DNA from: an uncultured Pseudomonadota bacterium
GTDB taxonomy: Bacteria > Pseudomonadota > Alphaproteobacteria > JACZXZ01
Direction of reading: 5' to 3'
Length of the DNA stretch: 64,000 bases
Assembly (NCBI GenBank): GCA_963749075.1
Contig: CAVVLJ010000022.1
Location: 148,216 to 212,215, forward strand
This document shows positions 54,721-64,000 of this stretch, one piece after another (position 1 is the stretch's first letter; each line of letters starts with the position of its first letter). The translations under genes and the position numbers were made by a program. The notes under the pieces were generated by a model. That model searched no databases, was not told the DNA's origin, and saw only the letters and a program-made list of their open reading frames with translations.

Positions 54721-55664
54721 TGGCGGCGGCGGCACTCAAGCGGCGCCTGGCGCGGCTGCCCTTCTCGGGGCCGCTGCCGCAGGGCGCCATCCAGGTCTCC
54801 TTCGAGTTCTTTCCGCCGAGGAGCGAGGAGATGGAGCGCCAGCTCTGGCACGCCGTCGAGCGCCTGGCGCCGCTCTCTCCGCGCTTCGTCTCGGTGACCT
54901 ACGGGGCGGGCGGCTCGACGCGCGAGCGCACCCACGCGACGGTCAAGCGCATCCTCGGCGAGACCGCCCTCGAGCCCGCGGCGCACCTCACCTGCGTCGG
55001 TGCTGCGCGCGAGGAGGTGGACGCCGTCGCCCGCGACTATTGGGCCGCCGGCGTGCGCCACGTGGTGGCATTGCGCGGCGATGCGCCGCCGGGTGCCGGC
55101 GGCTACCGGCCCCATCCGGGCGGCTACCCCTTCGCCGTCGATCTCGTGAAAGGCCTCAAGCGCATCGCCGATTTCGAGATCTCGGTCGCCGCCTATCCCG
55201 AGGGCCATCCCGAGGCGTTGAGCCGGGCCGCCGATCTCGACAACCTCAAGCGCAAGATCGATGCGGGCGCCAGCCGCGCCATCACCCAGTTCTTCTTCGA
55301 GGCGGAGGTCTATCTCCGCTTCGTCGAGCGCTGCCGCAAGGCCGGCATCTCGGTGCCGATCGTCCCCGGCATCCTGCCGGTCACCAACTATGCCCGCGTG
55401 CTGCAGTTCGCCAAGAGCTGCGGCGCCGGCATTCCGGCCTGGCTCGCCGGCCTTTTCGAGGCGCTCGACGACGACCCGGGCACGCGCCATCTCGTGGCCG
55501 CCACGGTCGCGGCCGAGCTCGCCCGCGAGCTCCACGCGGGTGGCGTCGACGAGTTCCATTTCTATACGCTCAACCGCGCCGACCTGACCTTCGCCATCTG
55601 CCACGTCCTCGGCCTGCGGCCGAGCGCACCGCCGGCCGCAGCAGCCTTGCGCGCCGAAGCCTGA
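54720..55664 (+). CDS. metF: 5,10-methylenetetrahydrofolate reductase
   Basis: VSFEFFPP, VTYGAGGSTR, AHLTC, ALRGD, AYPEGHP, AITQFFF, HFYTLN. Confidence 0.95.
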   Translation: MAAAALKRRLARLPFSGPLPQGAIQVSFEFFPPRSEEMERQLWHAVERLAPLSPRFVSVTYGAGGSTRERTHATVKRILGETALEPAAHLTCVGAAREEVDAVARDYWAAGVRHVVALRGDAPPGAGGYRPHPGGYPFAVDLVKGLKRIADFEISVAAYPEGHPEALSRAADLDNLKRKIDAGASRAITQFFFEAEVYLRFVERCRKAGISVPIVPGILPVTNYARVLQFAKSCGAGIPAWLAGLFEALDDDPGTRHLVAATVAAELARELHAGGVDEFHFYTLNRADLTFAICHVLGLRPSAPPAAAALRAEA

Positions 55665-55690
55665 GAGAGTCTGCCGAGAGAGAGCGGAAC

Positions 55691-58600
55691 ATGAGCCGTT
55701 TCCTCGCCGCCGCCGCGGAGCGCGTCCTTCTCATCGACGGCGCCATGGGCACCCAGGTCCAGGCGCGCCATCTCGACGTCGAGAAGGACTTCCTCGGCTG
55801 CGAGAACTGCACGGAGATACTGAACCGCTCCAGGCCCGATCTGGTGCGCGAGATCCACATGGGCTATCTCGCGGCCGGCGCCGACGCGCTCGAGACCAAC
55901 AGCTTCGGCGGCTCGCCGGTGACGCTAGCTGAGTTCGGCCTCGAGGCGGAGGCCTTCGCCCTCAACAAGCGCTCGGCCGAGCTCGCCCGCGAGGCGATCG
56001 AGGCCTTCAAGGGCGACGGGCGCGAGCGCTTCGTGCTCGGCTCGATCGGCCCCGGCACCAAGCTGCCCACCTTGGGCCAGATCGCGTACCAGCGCCTCGA
56101 GGACGCCCTCGCCATCCAGAGCGCCGGCCTCATCGCCGGCGGCGTCGACGCCATCCTCATCGAGACCTGCCAGGACCTCCTCCAGCTCAAGGCTGCGGTC
56201 AACGGCGCCAAGCGCGCGCGCGCCGAGGCCAAGGCCGACATCCCGCTCATGACCAACGTCACGGTCGAGACCACGGGCACCCTCCTCGTCGGCGCCGACA
56301 TCGCCGCCGCGGCGACCGTGATCGCCGCCCTCGACGTGCCGGTCATGGGCGTAAATTGCGCGACCGGGCCGCAGGAGATGGCGGAGCACGTGCGCTGGCT
56401 CGGGCAGAACTGGCCGGGCCTCTTGGCCGTCGTGCCCAACGCCGGCCTGCCCGAGCTCGTCGAGGGCCACACCCACTATCCGCTTTCGCCCGCCGAGATG
56501 GCGCAGTGGCTCGAGCGCTTCATCGCCGAGGACGGCATCAACATCGTGGGCGGCTGCTGCGGCACCCACGAGCCGCACATCGCAGCACTTGACGCCATGC
56601 TGAGGCGGCACGGCGGAAGCGCCGCGCGGCCGAGCCCGTCGCGCCGCAAGTCGGTCTGGGTGCCGAGCCTCGCCTCGCTCTACAGCCAGGTGCCGCTCCG
56701 GCAGGAGAACGCCTATCTCTCGATCGGCGAGCGCTGCAACGCCAACGGCAGCCGCCAGTTCCGCCGCCTCCAGGAGGCCGGCGACTGGGAGGGCTGCGTC
56801 GGGATGGGCCGCGAGCAGGTGGCCGAGGGCTCCCACACCCTCGACATCTGCACCGCCTTCGTCGGACGCGACGAGATCGCCGAGACGACCGAGGTGGTGA
56901 GCCGCATGCGCAACGCGGTGAACGCCCCGCTCGTCTTCGATTCGACGGAGCTGCCGGTGCTGGAGACCGCCTTCCGGCTCTACGGCGGCAAGGGCGTGCT
57001 CAACTCGATCAATTTCGAGAACGGCGAGCCCGCCGCCGCCGCGCGCATGGAGCTTGCGCGCCGCTTCGGCGCCGCGGTCATAGCATTGACCATCGACGAG
57101 GAGGGCATGGCCAAGTCGGTCGAGCGCAAGCTCGAGATCGCCAAGCGCCTCCATGATTTCGCCTGCGGGCGCTACGGCCTGCCGTCGTCCGACCTGATGA
57201 TCGATCCGCTCACCTTCACCATCTGCACGGGCAACGACGACGACCGCAAGCTCGGCCACAATACGCTTGACGCCATCGAGCGCATCCGGGCCGAGCTGCC
57301 GGAGGTGCAGATCCTGCTCGGCCTCTCCAACATCTCCTTCGGGCTCAATCCGGCGGCGCGCCAGGTGCTCAACTCGGTCTTCCTCGACCATGCGCTGAAG
57401 CGCGGGCTCTCGGCCGCGATCGTGCACGTGAGCAAGATCCTGCCCTTCCACAAGATCGGCGCCGAGGAGCGCGGCATCGCCGAGGACCTCATCTTCGACC
57501 GCCGGCGCGAGGGCTACGATCCGCTCCACGCCTTCATGGCGCTCTTCGTCGACCGCGTCGAGGAGCAGAAGGCCAAGAAGGCGCGCCCCGAGAAGGTCGA
57601 GGAGCGCCTCTCCCAGCGCATCGTCGACGGCGACCGCCAGGGCCTCGACGAGGACCTTGCGGAGGCGCTCAGGAGCCATCCGCCGCTCGACATCATCAAC
57701 CGCTTCCTCCTCGACGGCATGAAGGTGGTGGGCGAGCTCTTCGGCGCCGGCAAGATGCAGCTCCCCTTCGTGCTGCGCTCGGCCGAGTGCATGAAGGCGG
57801 CGGTCGCCCATCTCGAGCCCCACATGGAGCGCGTCGAGGGCCAGGAGAGGGGCACCATCGTGGTCGCCACCGTACGCGGCGACGTGCACGACATCGGCAA
57901 GAACCTCGTCGACATCATCCTCACCAACAACGGCTACCGCGTCGTCAACCTCGGCATCAAGCAGCCGCTCTCGAACATCCTCGAGGCGGCCAAGGCGCAC
58001 AAGGCGAACGCCGTCGGCATGTCGGGCCTCCTCGTCAAGTCGACGGTGGTCATGCGCGAGAACCTCGAGGAGATGACGCGGCTCGGCGTCGAGGTACCGG
58101 TGCTGCTCGGCGGCGCCGCCCTCACCCGCCAGTACGTCGAGGAGGATTGCGCGCGCGCCTACGGCACGGGCCGCCTCGCCTACGCGCGCGACGCTTTCGA
58201 CGGCCTTCACCTCATGGAGAAGGTGGTGAACGGCAGCTTCGTCGCGTTCACCGACGAGATCGCGCGCAAACGCGCGGCGCGCCCCTCGCAGAAGCCGGCG
58301 CGCGTGCGCGGCGTGCCCAAGGCGCCGGCGCTCGAGCCGCGCCCGGTCGAGCTCGAGGAGATCCGCCTCCACCGCGCCGAGCTCAACCGCGGCATCGAAG
58401 TGCCGGCGCCGCCCTTCTGGGGTCCGCGCGTCATCGCCCGCGTGCCGGTCCAGGCACTCGTGCCCTATCTCAACGAGCGCATGCTCTTCCAGTTCCACTG
58501 GGGCTTCCGCAAGGAGGGGCGGCGGCTCGACGAGTACATGGAATGGGCGCGCCGCGAGCTCAGGCCCGAGCTCAAGCGCATGCTCGACATCTCGCTGCAG

Positions 58601-59341
58601 CAGGACATCCTCAAGCCCCAGGCGGCCTACGGCTATTGGCCCTGTGCGGCCGAGGGGAACGAGGTCATCCTCTTCGACCCCGACGACCACGCACGCGAGC
58701 TCGTGCGCTTCTCGTTCCCGCGCCAGGCGCGCGACGGCGGCCTCGCCATCGCCGACTTCTTCCGCGACGTGTCGGAGCCGGTGCGCGACGTGATCGCACT
58801 CCAGGTGGTGACCATCGGCCAGCGCGCCTCGGACGTGGCGCGCGAATGGTTCGCCGAGAACCGCTACCAGGATTACCTCTATCTCCACGGCCTCGGCGTC
58901 GAGATGGCGGAGGCGCTCGCCGAATACGTCCACAAGCGCATCCGCGGCGAGCTCGGCTTCGCGGGCGAGGATGCCCGCGAGCTCGACCAGCTCCTGCAGC
59001 AGGGCTACCGCGGCTCGCGCTACTCCTTCGGCTACCCGGCCTGCCCGCGGCTCGAGGACCAGGTGCAGCTCCTCTCGCCGCATCCGCCAGGCCCATCTGG
59101 GCAGCCGAGGTCCCGCGCCCGTGGGTCGCTATCAGCCCAGCCTCCCGGACCACCCGCGCAATCTGCCCCGACGCGCTCGCGATGCGAGCCCCTCAACGGC
59201 GGCGACAACATCGACCAGTTGGCTAAGCGTGGCCATGCCAACGGTTGTCTAACAGATCGCAATCCAGGATCAATGAGAGGTGGGGAGGATCGAGCCTCGC
59301 GACTGAAAAGGCCAGAAAGGTCTGAGGGAAAATCCGGGTAA
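55691..59341 (+). CDS. metH: B12-dependent methionine synthase; homology stops near 59077 and the C-terminus is replaced by foreign sequence
   Basis: DGAMGTQ, GGCCGT, IGERCNANGS, GDVHDIGKNLV, GSRYSFGYPACP; after QLLS the ORF reads unrelated lower-GC sequence. Confidence 0.92.
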   Translation: MSRFLAAAAERVLLIDGAMGTQVQARHLDVEKDFLGCENCTEILNRSRPDLVREIHMGYLAAGADALETNSFGGSPVTLAEFGLEAEAFALNKRSAELAREAIEAFKGDGRERFVLGSIGPGTKLPTLGQIAYQRLEDALAIQSAGLIAGGVDAILIETCQDLLQLKAAVNGAKRARAEAKADIPLMTNVTVETTGTLLVGADIAAAATVIAALDVPVMGVNCATGPQEMAEHVRWLGQNWPGLLAVVPNAGLPELVEGHTHYPLSPAEMAQWLERFIAEDGINIVGGCCGTHEPHIAALDAMLRRHGGSAARPSPSRRKSVWVPSLASLYSQVPLRQENAYLSIGERCNANGSRQFRRLQEAGDWEGCVGMGREQVAEGSHTLDICTAFVGRDEIAETTEVVSRMRNAVNAPLVFDSTELPVLETAFRLYGGKGVLNSINFENGEPAAAARMELARRFGAAVIALTIDEEGMAKSVERKLEIAKRLHDFACGRYGLPSSDLMIDPLTFTICTGNDDDRKLGHNTLDAIERIRAELPEVQILLGLSNISFGLNPAARQVLNSVFLDHALKRGLSAAIVHVSKILPFHKIGAEERGIAEDLIFDRRREGYDPLHAFMALFVDRVEEQKAKKARPEKVEERLSQRIVDGDRQGLDEDLAEALRSHPPLDIINRFLLDGMKVVGELFGAGKMQLPFVLRSAECMKAAVAHLEPHMERVEGQERGTIVVATVRGDVHDIGKNLVDIILTNNGYRVVNLGIKQPLSNILEAAKAHKANAVGMSGLLVKSTVVMRENLEEMTRLGVEVPVLLGGAALTRQYVEEDCARAYGTGRLAYARDAFDGLHLMEKVVNGSFVAFTDEIARKRAARPSQKPARVRGVPKAPALEPRPVELEEIRLHRAELNRGIEVPAPPFWGPRVIARVPVQALVPYLNERMLFQFHWGFRKEGRRLDEYMEWARRELRPELKRMLDISLQQDILKPQAAYGYWPCAAEGNEVILFDPDDHARELVRFSFPRQARDGGLAIADFFRDVSEPVRDVIALQVVTIGQRASDVAREWFAENRYQDYLYLHGLGVEMAEALAEYVHKRIRGELGFAGEDARELDQLLQQGYRGSRYSFGYPACPRLEDQVQLLSPHPPGPSGQPRSRARGSLSAQPPGPPAQSAPTRSRCEPLNGGDNIDQLAKRGHANGCLTDRNPGSMRGGEDRASRLKRPERSEGKSG
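59076..59236 (-). pseudogene. Truncated, frameshifted phage/island-type small DNA-binding-like gene
   Basis: Reconstructs as MATLSQLVDVVAAVEGL..RERV.QIARVVREAGLIATHGRGTSAAQMGLADAA and stops at the metH junction. Confidence 0.55.
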
Positions 59342-59467
59342 GAAGGCTTAATTCGCCTACCGTGCAAGGGGTTGTTTTGTAGAATTTTGATTTCTATCGT
59401 TTCAAACTAAATTTAGGGGAGACGAAGGGGGTGACCCAGTCGACAGGAGTCATGGCACACGGTAGTC

Positions 59468-60008
59468 CTAAGACTGGTGCCGGCAGCGGATCGTCCTGAG
59501 CTCCAACTCCCGACCTTTAACCATCGGATTGATTCGTACCTTTAGCCACCACACGGGTTCGTCGCCGCAGCGGTGGACCTCACGATGGTGGCCCCGGCAC
59601 AATGGCACGGTGAATTCATCGCTGACCTTACGGCCAAGCGCGGGGCTTTGCGCAAAGCGTAAACGGTGGTATCCGCTGGCTGCCGGCCGCAAACGAGGCA
59701 AGGCTGCTTGGCGACGTATCTGACGTGATCCCGATCCCGTATCCGACGGGGCTCTGGGAAGGCCAGCACGGTTATATCGATGACCGTGGGCTGCGACGCT
59801 TGTGGCAGACTTTCCCGATTTGGCTTGCGCTGATCCATCGCCTGTGGCGTCCGGGCCTGCCGGAAGCCTCAGATGTAGAAGGCGCGTCCACGGCATCGAT
59901 CGCAAGAGGCGTGAGGATTGCAACGCGTGCTCGGAAAGCTTCCTCGACGCGTGCGGCATCGGCCGCGGTCAATCGGTTCTTTTCAGGAAGGCACCGCTGC
60001 GCCCAGAT
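59468..60008 (-). pseudogene. C-terminal remnant of an ERF-associated DUF968/HNH-like protein
   Basis: PEPRRIRDRDHVRYVAKQPCLVCGR, then frameshifted LRFAQSPALGRKVSDEFTVPLCRGHHREVH. Confidence 0.7.
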
Positions 60009-60562
60009 AGGTGGCTCGCCGCTCTCCACGCAGCGCCAGAATTTCCGCTCGGCGGTAACGATGAGGTATTGGTAGAGCGGATCGGCATGGGTTTTGATTT
60101 CCACCCACTTGCCCCCACCGGTGATCACCGAAAGCACCGCGCTTCGCGCAGCCACAACCCACATATTGTGCTGAAGCTGGGGCATGTACTTTTCCGCCGC
60201 CGCTTCCTCCGAGAACGACCACGGCAGCATGAATTTGCTCTCGAACACCATCGCTTGCCTTCTACACGACCGTCGAGGGTCGCCGCCATCCATCACAGTG
60301 CGGGATGTCGGATCTACTGTTGCACGTCCGTGACGACCCGACCCGTATTTGCCTCGTACCAGCGTCGATTGAGCTCCTCGGTGGCGAGGCCGAGTTGCAC
60401 AATGAGGTTGCCGGACAGGTCCTCCGGCTCGACCTCGCCGCGTTTCTCCCGCCACAGGCGCAGCAGGGCGGCCTCGTCATCGCCCATGATGATCCGGGCG
60501 TCCGAGCCGCCGATGAAGCGGCGGCGGTTAGCCGGAAAAACATTCGCTCGGTCATCTAACAT
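60009..60562 (-). pseudogene. YqaJ-like viral recombinase/exonuclease, disrupted
   Basis: RRRFIGGSDARIIMG...LWREKRG; internal stop; FESKFMLPWSF...YMPQLQHNMWV. Confidence 0.8.
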
Positions 60563-60695
60563 TGCGTCCTCCGGTGCTTAGCGTAACGTTCCTGTCGAGT
60601 CTCGCTGATTCTGCGTCTCGCCGTGTTGGTACGCTGTACACATACGTTGGGGCAAAATGCGCTACGGTGTCAACCTCAATTTGGACAATGTACCA

Positions 60696-61076
60696 ATGAA
60701 GGCGATTCAGCTTCGCATGGCTCGCGCCGCCGTTGGGTGGGGCGTGCGGGAACTCGCTAAAAAGGCGGGGGTCACCGCCAATACCGTCACGCGCATTGAG
60801 AATGGCGCTGATGCGAAGCAATCGACGATAGACCGACTGCAGCGTGCACTGGAGGCGGCCGGCGTCGAGTTCACCAATGGTGAGCAGCCTGGCGTCCGCC
60901 TCACCAAGGCCGCTGCAACGCACTCCGCGGAGCCCGCCAGTGCGTCAAATCCAACGGTTGCCGCGAAAGCCGCCCGCCGCAAAACCGCCAAGGCGACCGA
61001 CAGGAAGTGGTCAGACGCCTGCTTCTTTATCGATAACCGGCGAGAACCGCCGGCCTACGGACGCAATAGGTGTTGA
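60696..61076 (+). CDS. XRE-family HTH regulator
   Basis: QLRMARAAVGWGVRELAKKAGVTANTVTRIENG...ALEAAGVEFTNG..PGVRL. Confidence 0.85.
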   Translation: MKAIQLRMARAAVGWGVRELAKKAGVTANTVTRIENGADAKQSTIDRLQRALEAAGVEFTNGEQPGVRLTKAAATHSAEPASASNPTVAAKAARRKTAKATDRKWSDACFFIDNRREPPAYGRNRC

Positions 61077-61247
61077 TTTCGAGCGCGACCGATCGAGGCA
61101 TTGCGCGACGAGATGGACAATTGCGATTTATTTTCCGTCGCCGGATCGAGGCCGAGGCGGGCGGGCCATGGCGTCTCTCCTTTGCTAGGCGGATCAATCC
61201 CAGCTCAAGAGTAGCGACACGCTGGGACCCGGATTACCACGTTTGCC

Positions 61248-61278
61248 ATATGTCAGTGGTGCGATTAGAGTGACATAT
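61248..61278. promoter_or_regulatory. Inverted repeat, probable RHH antitoxin operator
   Basis: ATATGTCA-N15-TGACATAT ending at the antitoxin ATG. Confidence 0.5.
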
Positions 61279-61488
61279 ATGGAGAAGACACAAGTTTACC
61301 TGCGCAAGGAAGAGCTCGACGCATTGCGCAAGGCTGCTGCGCGATCAAAGCGCAGCGTTGCTGCGCTGGTCCGCGAAGCGGTCCGCAAAGTCATTCTGAT
61401 GCCGCCAGCCGAAGGTCCAGTTGCGATCTGGGACGGCGAGCCGAAACGCAGCTCGCTCGAGCACGATAGCGTTTACGACGAGCCGTGA
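61279..61488 (+). CDS. Ribbon-helix-helix antitoxin (VapB/CopG-like)
   Basis: KTQVYL...ALRKAAARSKRSVAALVREAV; overlaps the PIN gene start. Confidence 0.85.
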   Translation: MEKTQVYLRKEELDALRKAAARSKRSVAALVREAVRKVILMPPAEGPVAIWDGEPKRSSLEHDSVYDEP

Positions 61489-61904
61489 TTCGACAGGGCG
61501 AACCGGTCTTCGTCGACAGCGGGCCGTGGATCGCCCTGGCGTTGTCGCGAGACCCGCTGCATGCGCAAGCGCGGGAACAATGGGACCTGTTGCGTGCCGC
61601 CGGCGCCAGGCTGCACACCTCCGTTCCGGTTATCATTGAGACATTCACCTTTCTCGATCGCAACGCCAACCGGGATGTGGCGTTGGCGTGGAAAGACTCG
61701 GTAGCCTGGCCAGGCACTCTCAACATCCTTCCCTGCGACCTGCGCGATTTGCAGCGATCGTGGGAATATTTCCGGCGTGCCGACCTGCACAAATTGTCCG
61801 CCGTCGATGCCACCAGCTTCGCGATCATGAAGCGTGCGCGAATACGGCTTGCCTACACGTTCGATCATCACTTTGCGGTCGTCGGATTTAGGATCGTGAG
61901 CTGA
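61485..61904 (+). CDS. vapC: PIN-domain toxin (VapC-like)
   Basis: VFVDSGPWIAL, VIIET, SAVDATSFAIM, TFDHHF. Confidence 0.9.
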   Translation: MIRQGEPVFVDSGPWIALALSRDPLHAQAREQWDLLRAAGARLHTSVPVIIETFTFLDRNANRDVALAWKDSVAWPGTLNILPCDLRDLQRSWEYFRRADLHKLSAVDATSFAIMKRARIRLAYTFDHHFAVVGFRIVS

Positions 61905-61949
61905 CGCTGGACGCCGCGTTACCCGCGCGCCTTTGCTCTGCCGCCGGGT

Positions 61950-62250
61950 CGCAATGTCCGTCGGTGGATCTGTTTTGTGTAGCGGGATGGCGAAACCTGG
62001 AACCTTGAGATCGTTGACTATCATTGAGGAGCGACGCTATGAGGATCAAGCGTGAAGACGTCGACAATCGGAAGGTGGACTTCTCGAGTCCGGCTGTCGG
62101 TTATCGCCCGTGTACCCTGGCAAAACCCTTCGCGACGAGTTCTTGACACCGATGAAGATCAGCGTTTGCGAACTTGCCAATGCGATCAAAATACCCGCAT
62201 ACGCGCCAATGACATCCTCCCTGACCGCCGGGCAATCACGGCAGGATCTC
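61950..62250 (+). pseudogene. Degraded higBA locus
   Basis: HigB tail WICFV*RDGETWNLEIVDYH* ends at 62027; frameshifted HigA from 62039 (MRIKREDVD...PGKTLRDEFLTPMKIS). Confidence 0.7.
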
Positions 62251-62627
62251 AGAATGACCAATCATAATCCGGCACCCTGGCTGGCCATTCGCGGCGCCGC
62301 CGGCGCCGCCGCCTCGCCGGCGCGATAGTGCTCGAGCGCGGTTTCCTCCGCCGCGGTCGGCCGCTACGGGCCTGTCGGGATTGGTGCTGGCAACGCTATA
62401 ATTAGGTAATATAATACCGTATAATCCGGTATAATTCCGTATTATTTTTTCGGTATTTAATTCTGGCAAATTTTCACGGGTGTGATGCGCGTCACATGGT
62501 CGTTGTTAAAAATGGCCTAACCTTATTAATCGTGAGAGCTCCGGGAACAGCGGCGGTAGATTCCAAAGGGAGCGTGCTATGCTTAACAAGATGGATGATT
62601 GGCCTACTAACAGTGTTGGGGAACAAA

Positions 62628-62820
62628 ATGCTGACGAGCCGGGAAATGGAAGTAGCCCGGCTCGTGTCCCAGGGCCTCGCAAACAGAAACTGTCGCGTGG
62701 GCAGCTTGGACTCCTCGAGAAGGCACCGTAAAAATTCACCTGCATAACATCTACCGAAAACTGCGTGTTCCAAATCGGACTGGGCTCATACTGGGTTCGA
62801 TCGCCAGGCACCCAGAATAG
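62628..62820 (+). pseudogene. LuxR HTH fragment
   Basis: LTSREMEVARLVSQGLANR, frameshift, GTVKIHLHNIYRKLRVPNRT. Confidence 0.7.
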
Positions 62821-62899
62821 CCCATAGGATTGCGCTGTACCGACGCTGTAGCCCTCCGCAGCACACTTCGTTGAGGGCGCTGCTGTTCTGCCAGGAACA

Positions 62900-63300
62900 G
62901 GTTCGCAACTCGATTTGCTCGATGATGAGTCTTGTAGCGCGGACAGTTACGCTGCCGGTCGATTTCTTTGCTCGTGTGATCTGGCAGGAAATCCGCTTCC
63001 GGCCCGACGTGATCGGGCCGGTGACCCGCAGTGGCGAGCAGGCGCAAGACATCGCGCAATTCATGCCAGGCACCGCCATGGAGGTCGTCTTTTCGAGCCA
63101 TTCAATCCACTGAAGGCACTTCCGAGATCCGGAGAGTTCTTGGCCGAGTTACGCAACCAGTTCGGCAATCTCGGGCTTGCCGCCACCTACAATGCTGCCC
63201 CCGAGCGCGTGCGCGAATTCGTCCGGGGCTCACGGCCACTGCAGACCCGCAACTACGTACTGGCGATCACCGGGCGCTCACTCGAGGATTGGGGAAAGGC
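62900..63300 (+). pseudogene. Lytic transglycosylase (SLT) pseudogene
   Basis: FFARVIWQE.RF, IAQFMPGTA, then frameshifted FGNLGLAA.YNA.P, TRNYVLAITG. Confidence 0.75.
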
Positions 63301-63701
63301 GGCCAAGGAAGGACTCCGACGAATAAAACAAGGGGGAGCTGCACGCCGACCGCGCCACGGTGAGCTGTCGTGATCTCATTCCGATCCTCAAACTTGGGCG
63401 CCCAAACCGTTCATCGCGGAATTTCTGCGCCAAATTTGAGTCAGAATTGAAATTATACGCCAAATAACGCCAAGATCGATACCGGCGCGATGCGACGGGA
63501 AGGCTAACCTGTCTCGTGCTGGAAGGCGGTCAGACCGCAATCCGCAAGGTCGGTCGGCCACGACTGCCGGACAGCTATCGGACGCGTTGCAACCGATTAT
63601 GGTATGTATGACGTTTGCGCGTTGAAGTGAATCACACCACTGCACATTGATCGCAAAGGCCGTTGTCGATTCACCTACGATCGACCCCTCGAGCGTCGGT
63701 A

Positions 63702-64000
63702 ATGAGATTTCTTATGCTCGAAGCGGGCACGCGTCGTCGGTTGGATCTTGGCCGTCGTCATCGCTGACTGTCTCTCGTTCCGCCGCAGTTGCGGCCGGAA
63801 ACTGACACGCCGCATAATCTCGAACATTTCGCAATCTTCTTTGCCACCGCCGTTGCATTTGGTTTTGGATATAGCCGCAGACCCGTTATCCTCGCTGTCG
63901 GACTCGTCATCTTCGCGGGAGCGATCGAGGTCGCCCAAATCTTTGTGCCGGGCCGTCATGCGCGCTGGAGCGATTTCATCGTCGACGCTGCGGCGTTGTG
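63702..64000 (+). pseudogene. VanZ-like membrane protein, frameshifted 5' end, runs off the window
   Basis: LSLVPPQLRP...LEHFAIF...IEVAQIFVPGRHARWSDFIVD. Confidence 0.7.

Noticed and set aside
53649-59341. Apparent N-terminal extensions of metF (from 53649) and metH (from 54677)
   Set aside because: Open-frame run-ons over neighbouring genes; real starts are at 54720 and 55691

Overview
High-GC DNA, most consistent with an alphaproteobacterial chromosome (MucR/Ros, SahR-type regulator, CCCTCTCC palindromic repeats), with host operons interrupted by three lower-GC accessory blocks. Host segments: a divergent pyrimidine-related locus (ABC importer, FAD oxidoreductase, CoA transferase, crotonase and ferredoxin on the minus strand; URC1-like, URC4-like, upp and a RutR-type regulator on the plus strand, with a RutR box between them); a SWIM-SNF2 helicase, patatin, HpcH aldolase and DUF1445 protein; a Zur-boxed metal ABC importer plus amidase; mucR; an acetate module (acs, satP, CrbS/CrbR-like pair); ettA; mlaC/mlaA; and sahR-metF-metH. 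Accessory blocks: (1) 18.6-23.0 kb, holding higBA, small ORFs and an IS5-family element inserted in a secreted-protein gene; (2) 39.7-49.6 kb, two tandem elements of one family integrated at the 5' end of ettA, with a duplicated ettA start, phased CTRCACA arm repeats, a tyrosine integrase, mobile mystery proteins A/B and a ~1750-aa nuclease-STAND ATPase resembling Avs antiphage proteins; (3) 59.08-64 kb, a decayed phage/ICE-like region abutting and truncating metH. Several single-base frameshifts in otherwise intact genes may be sequencing errors. All family assignments come from motifs read by eye; no database searches were run.
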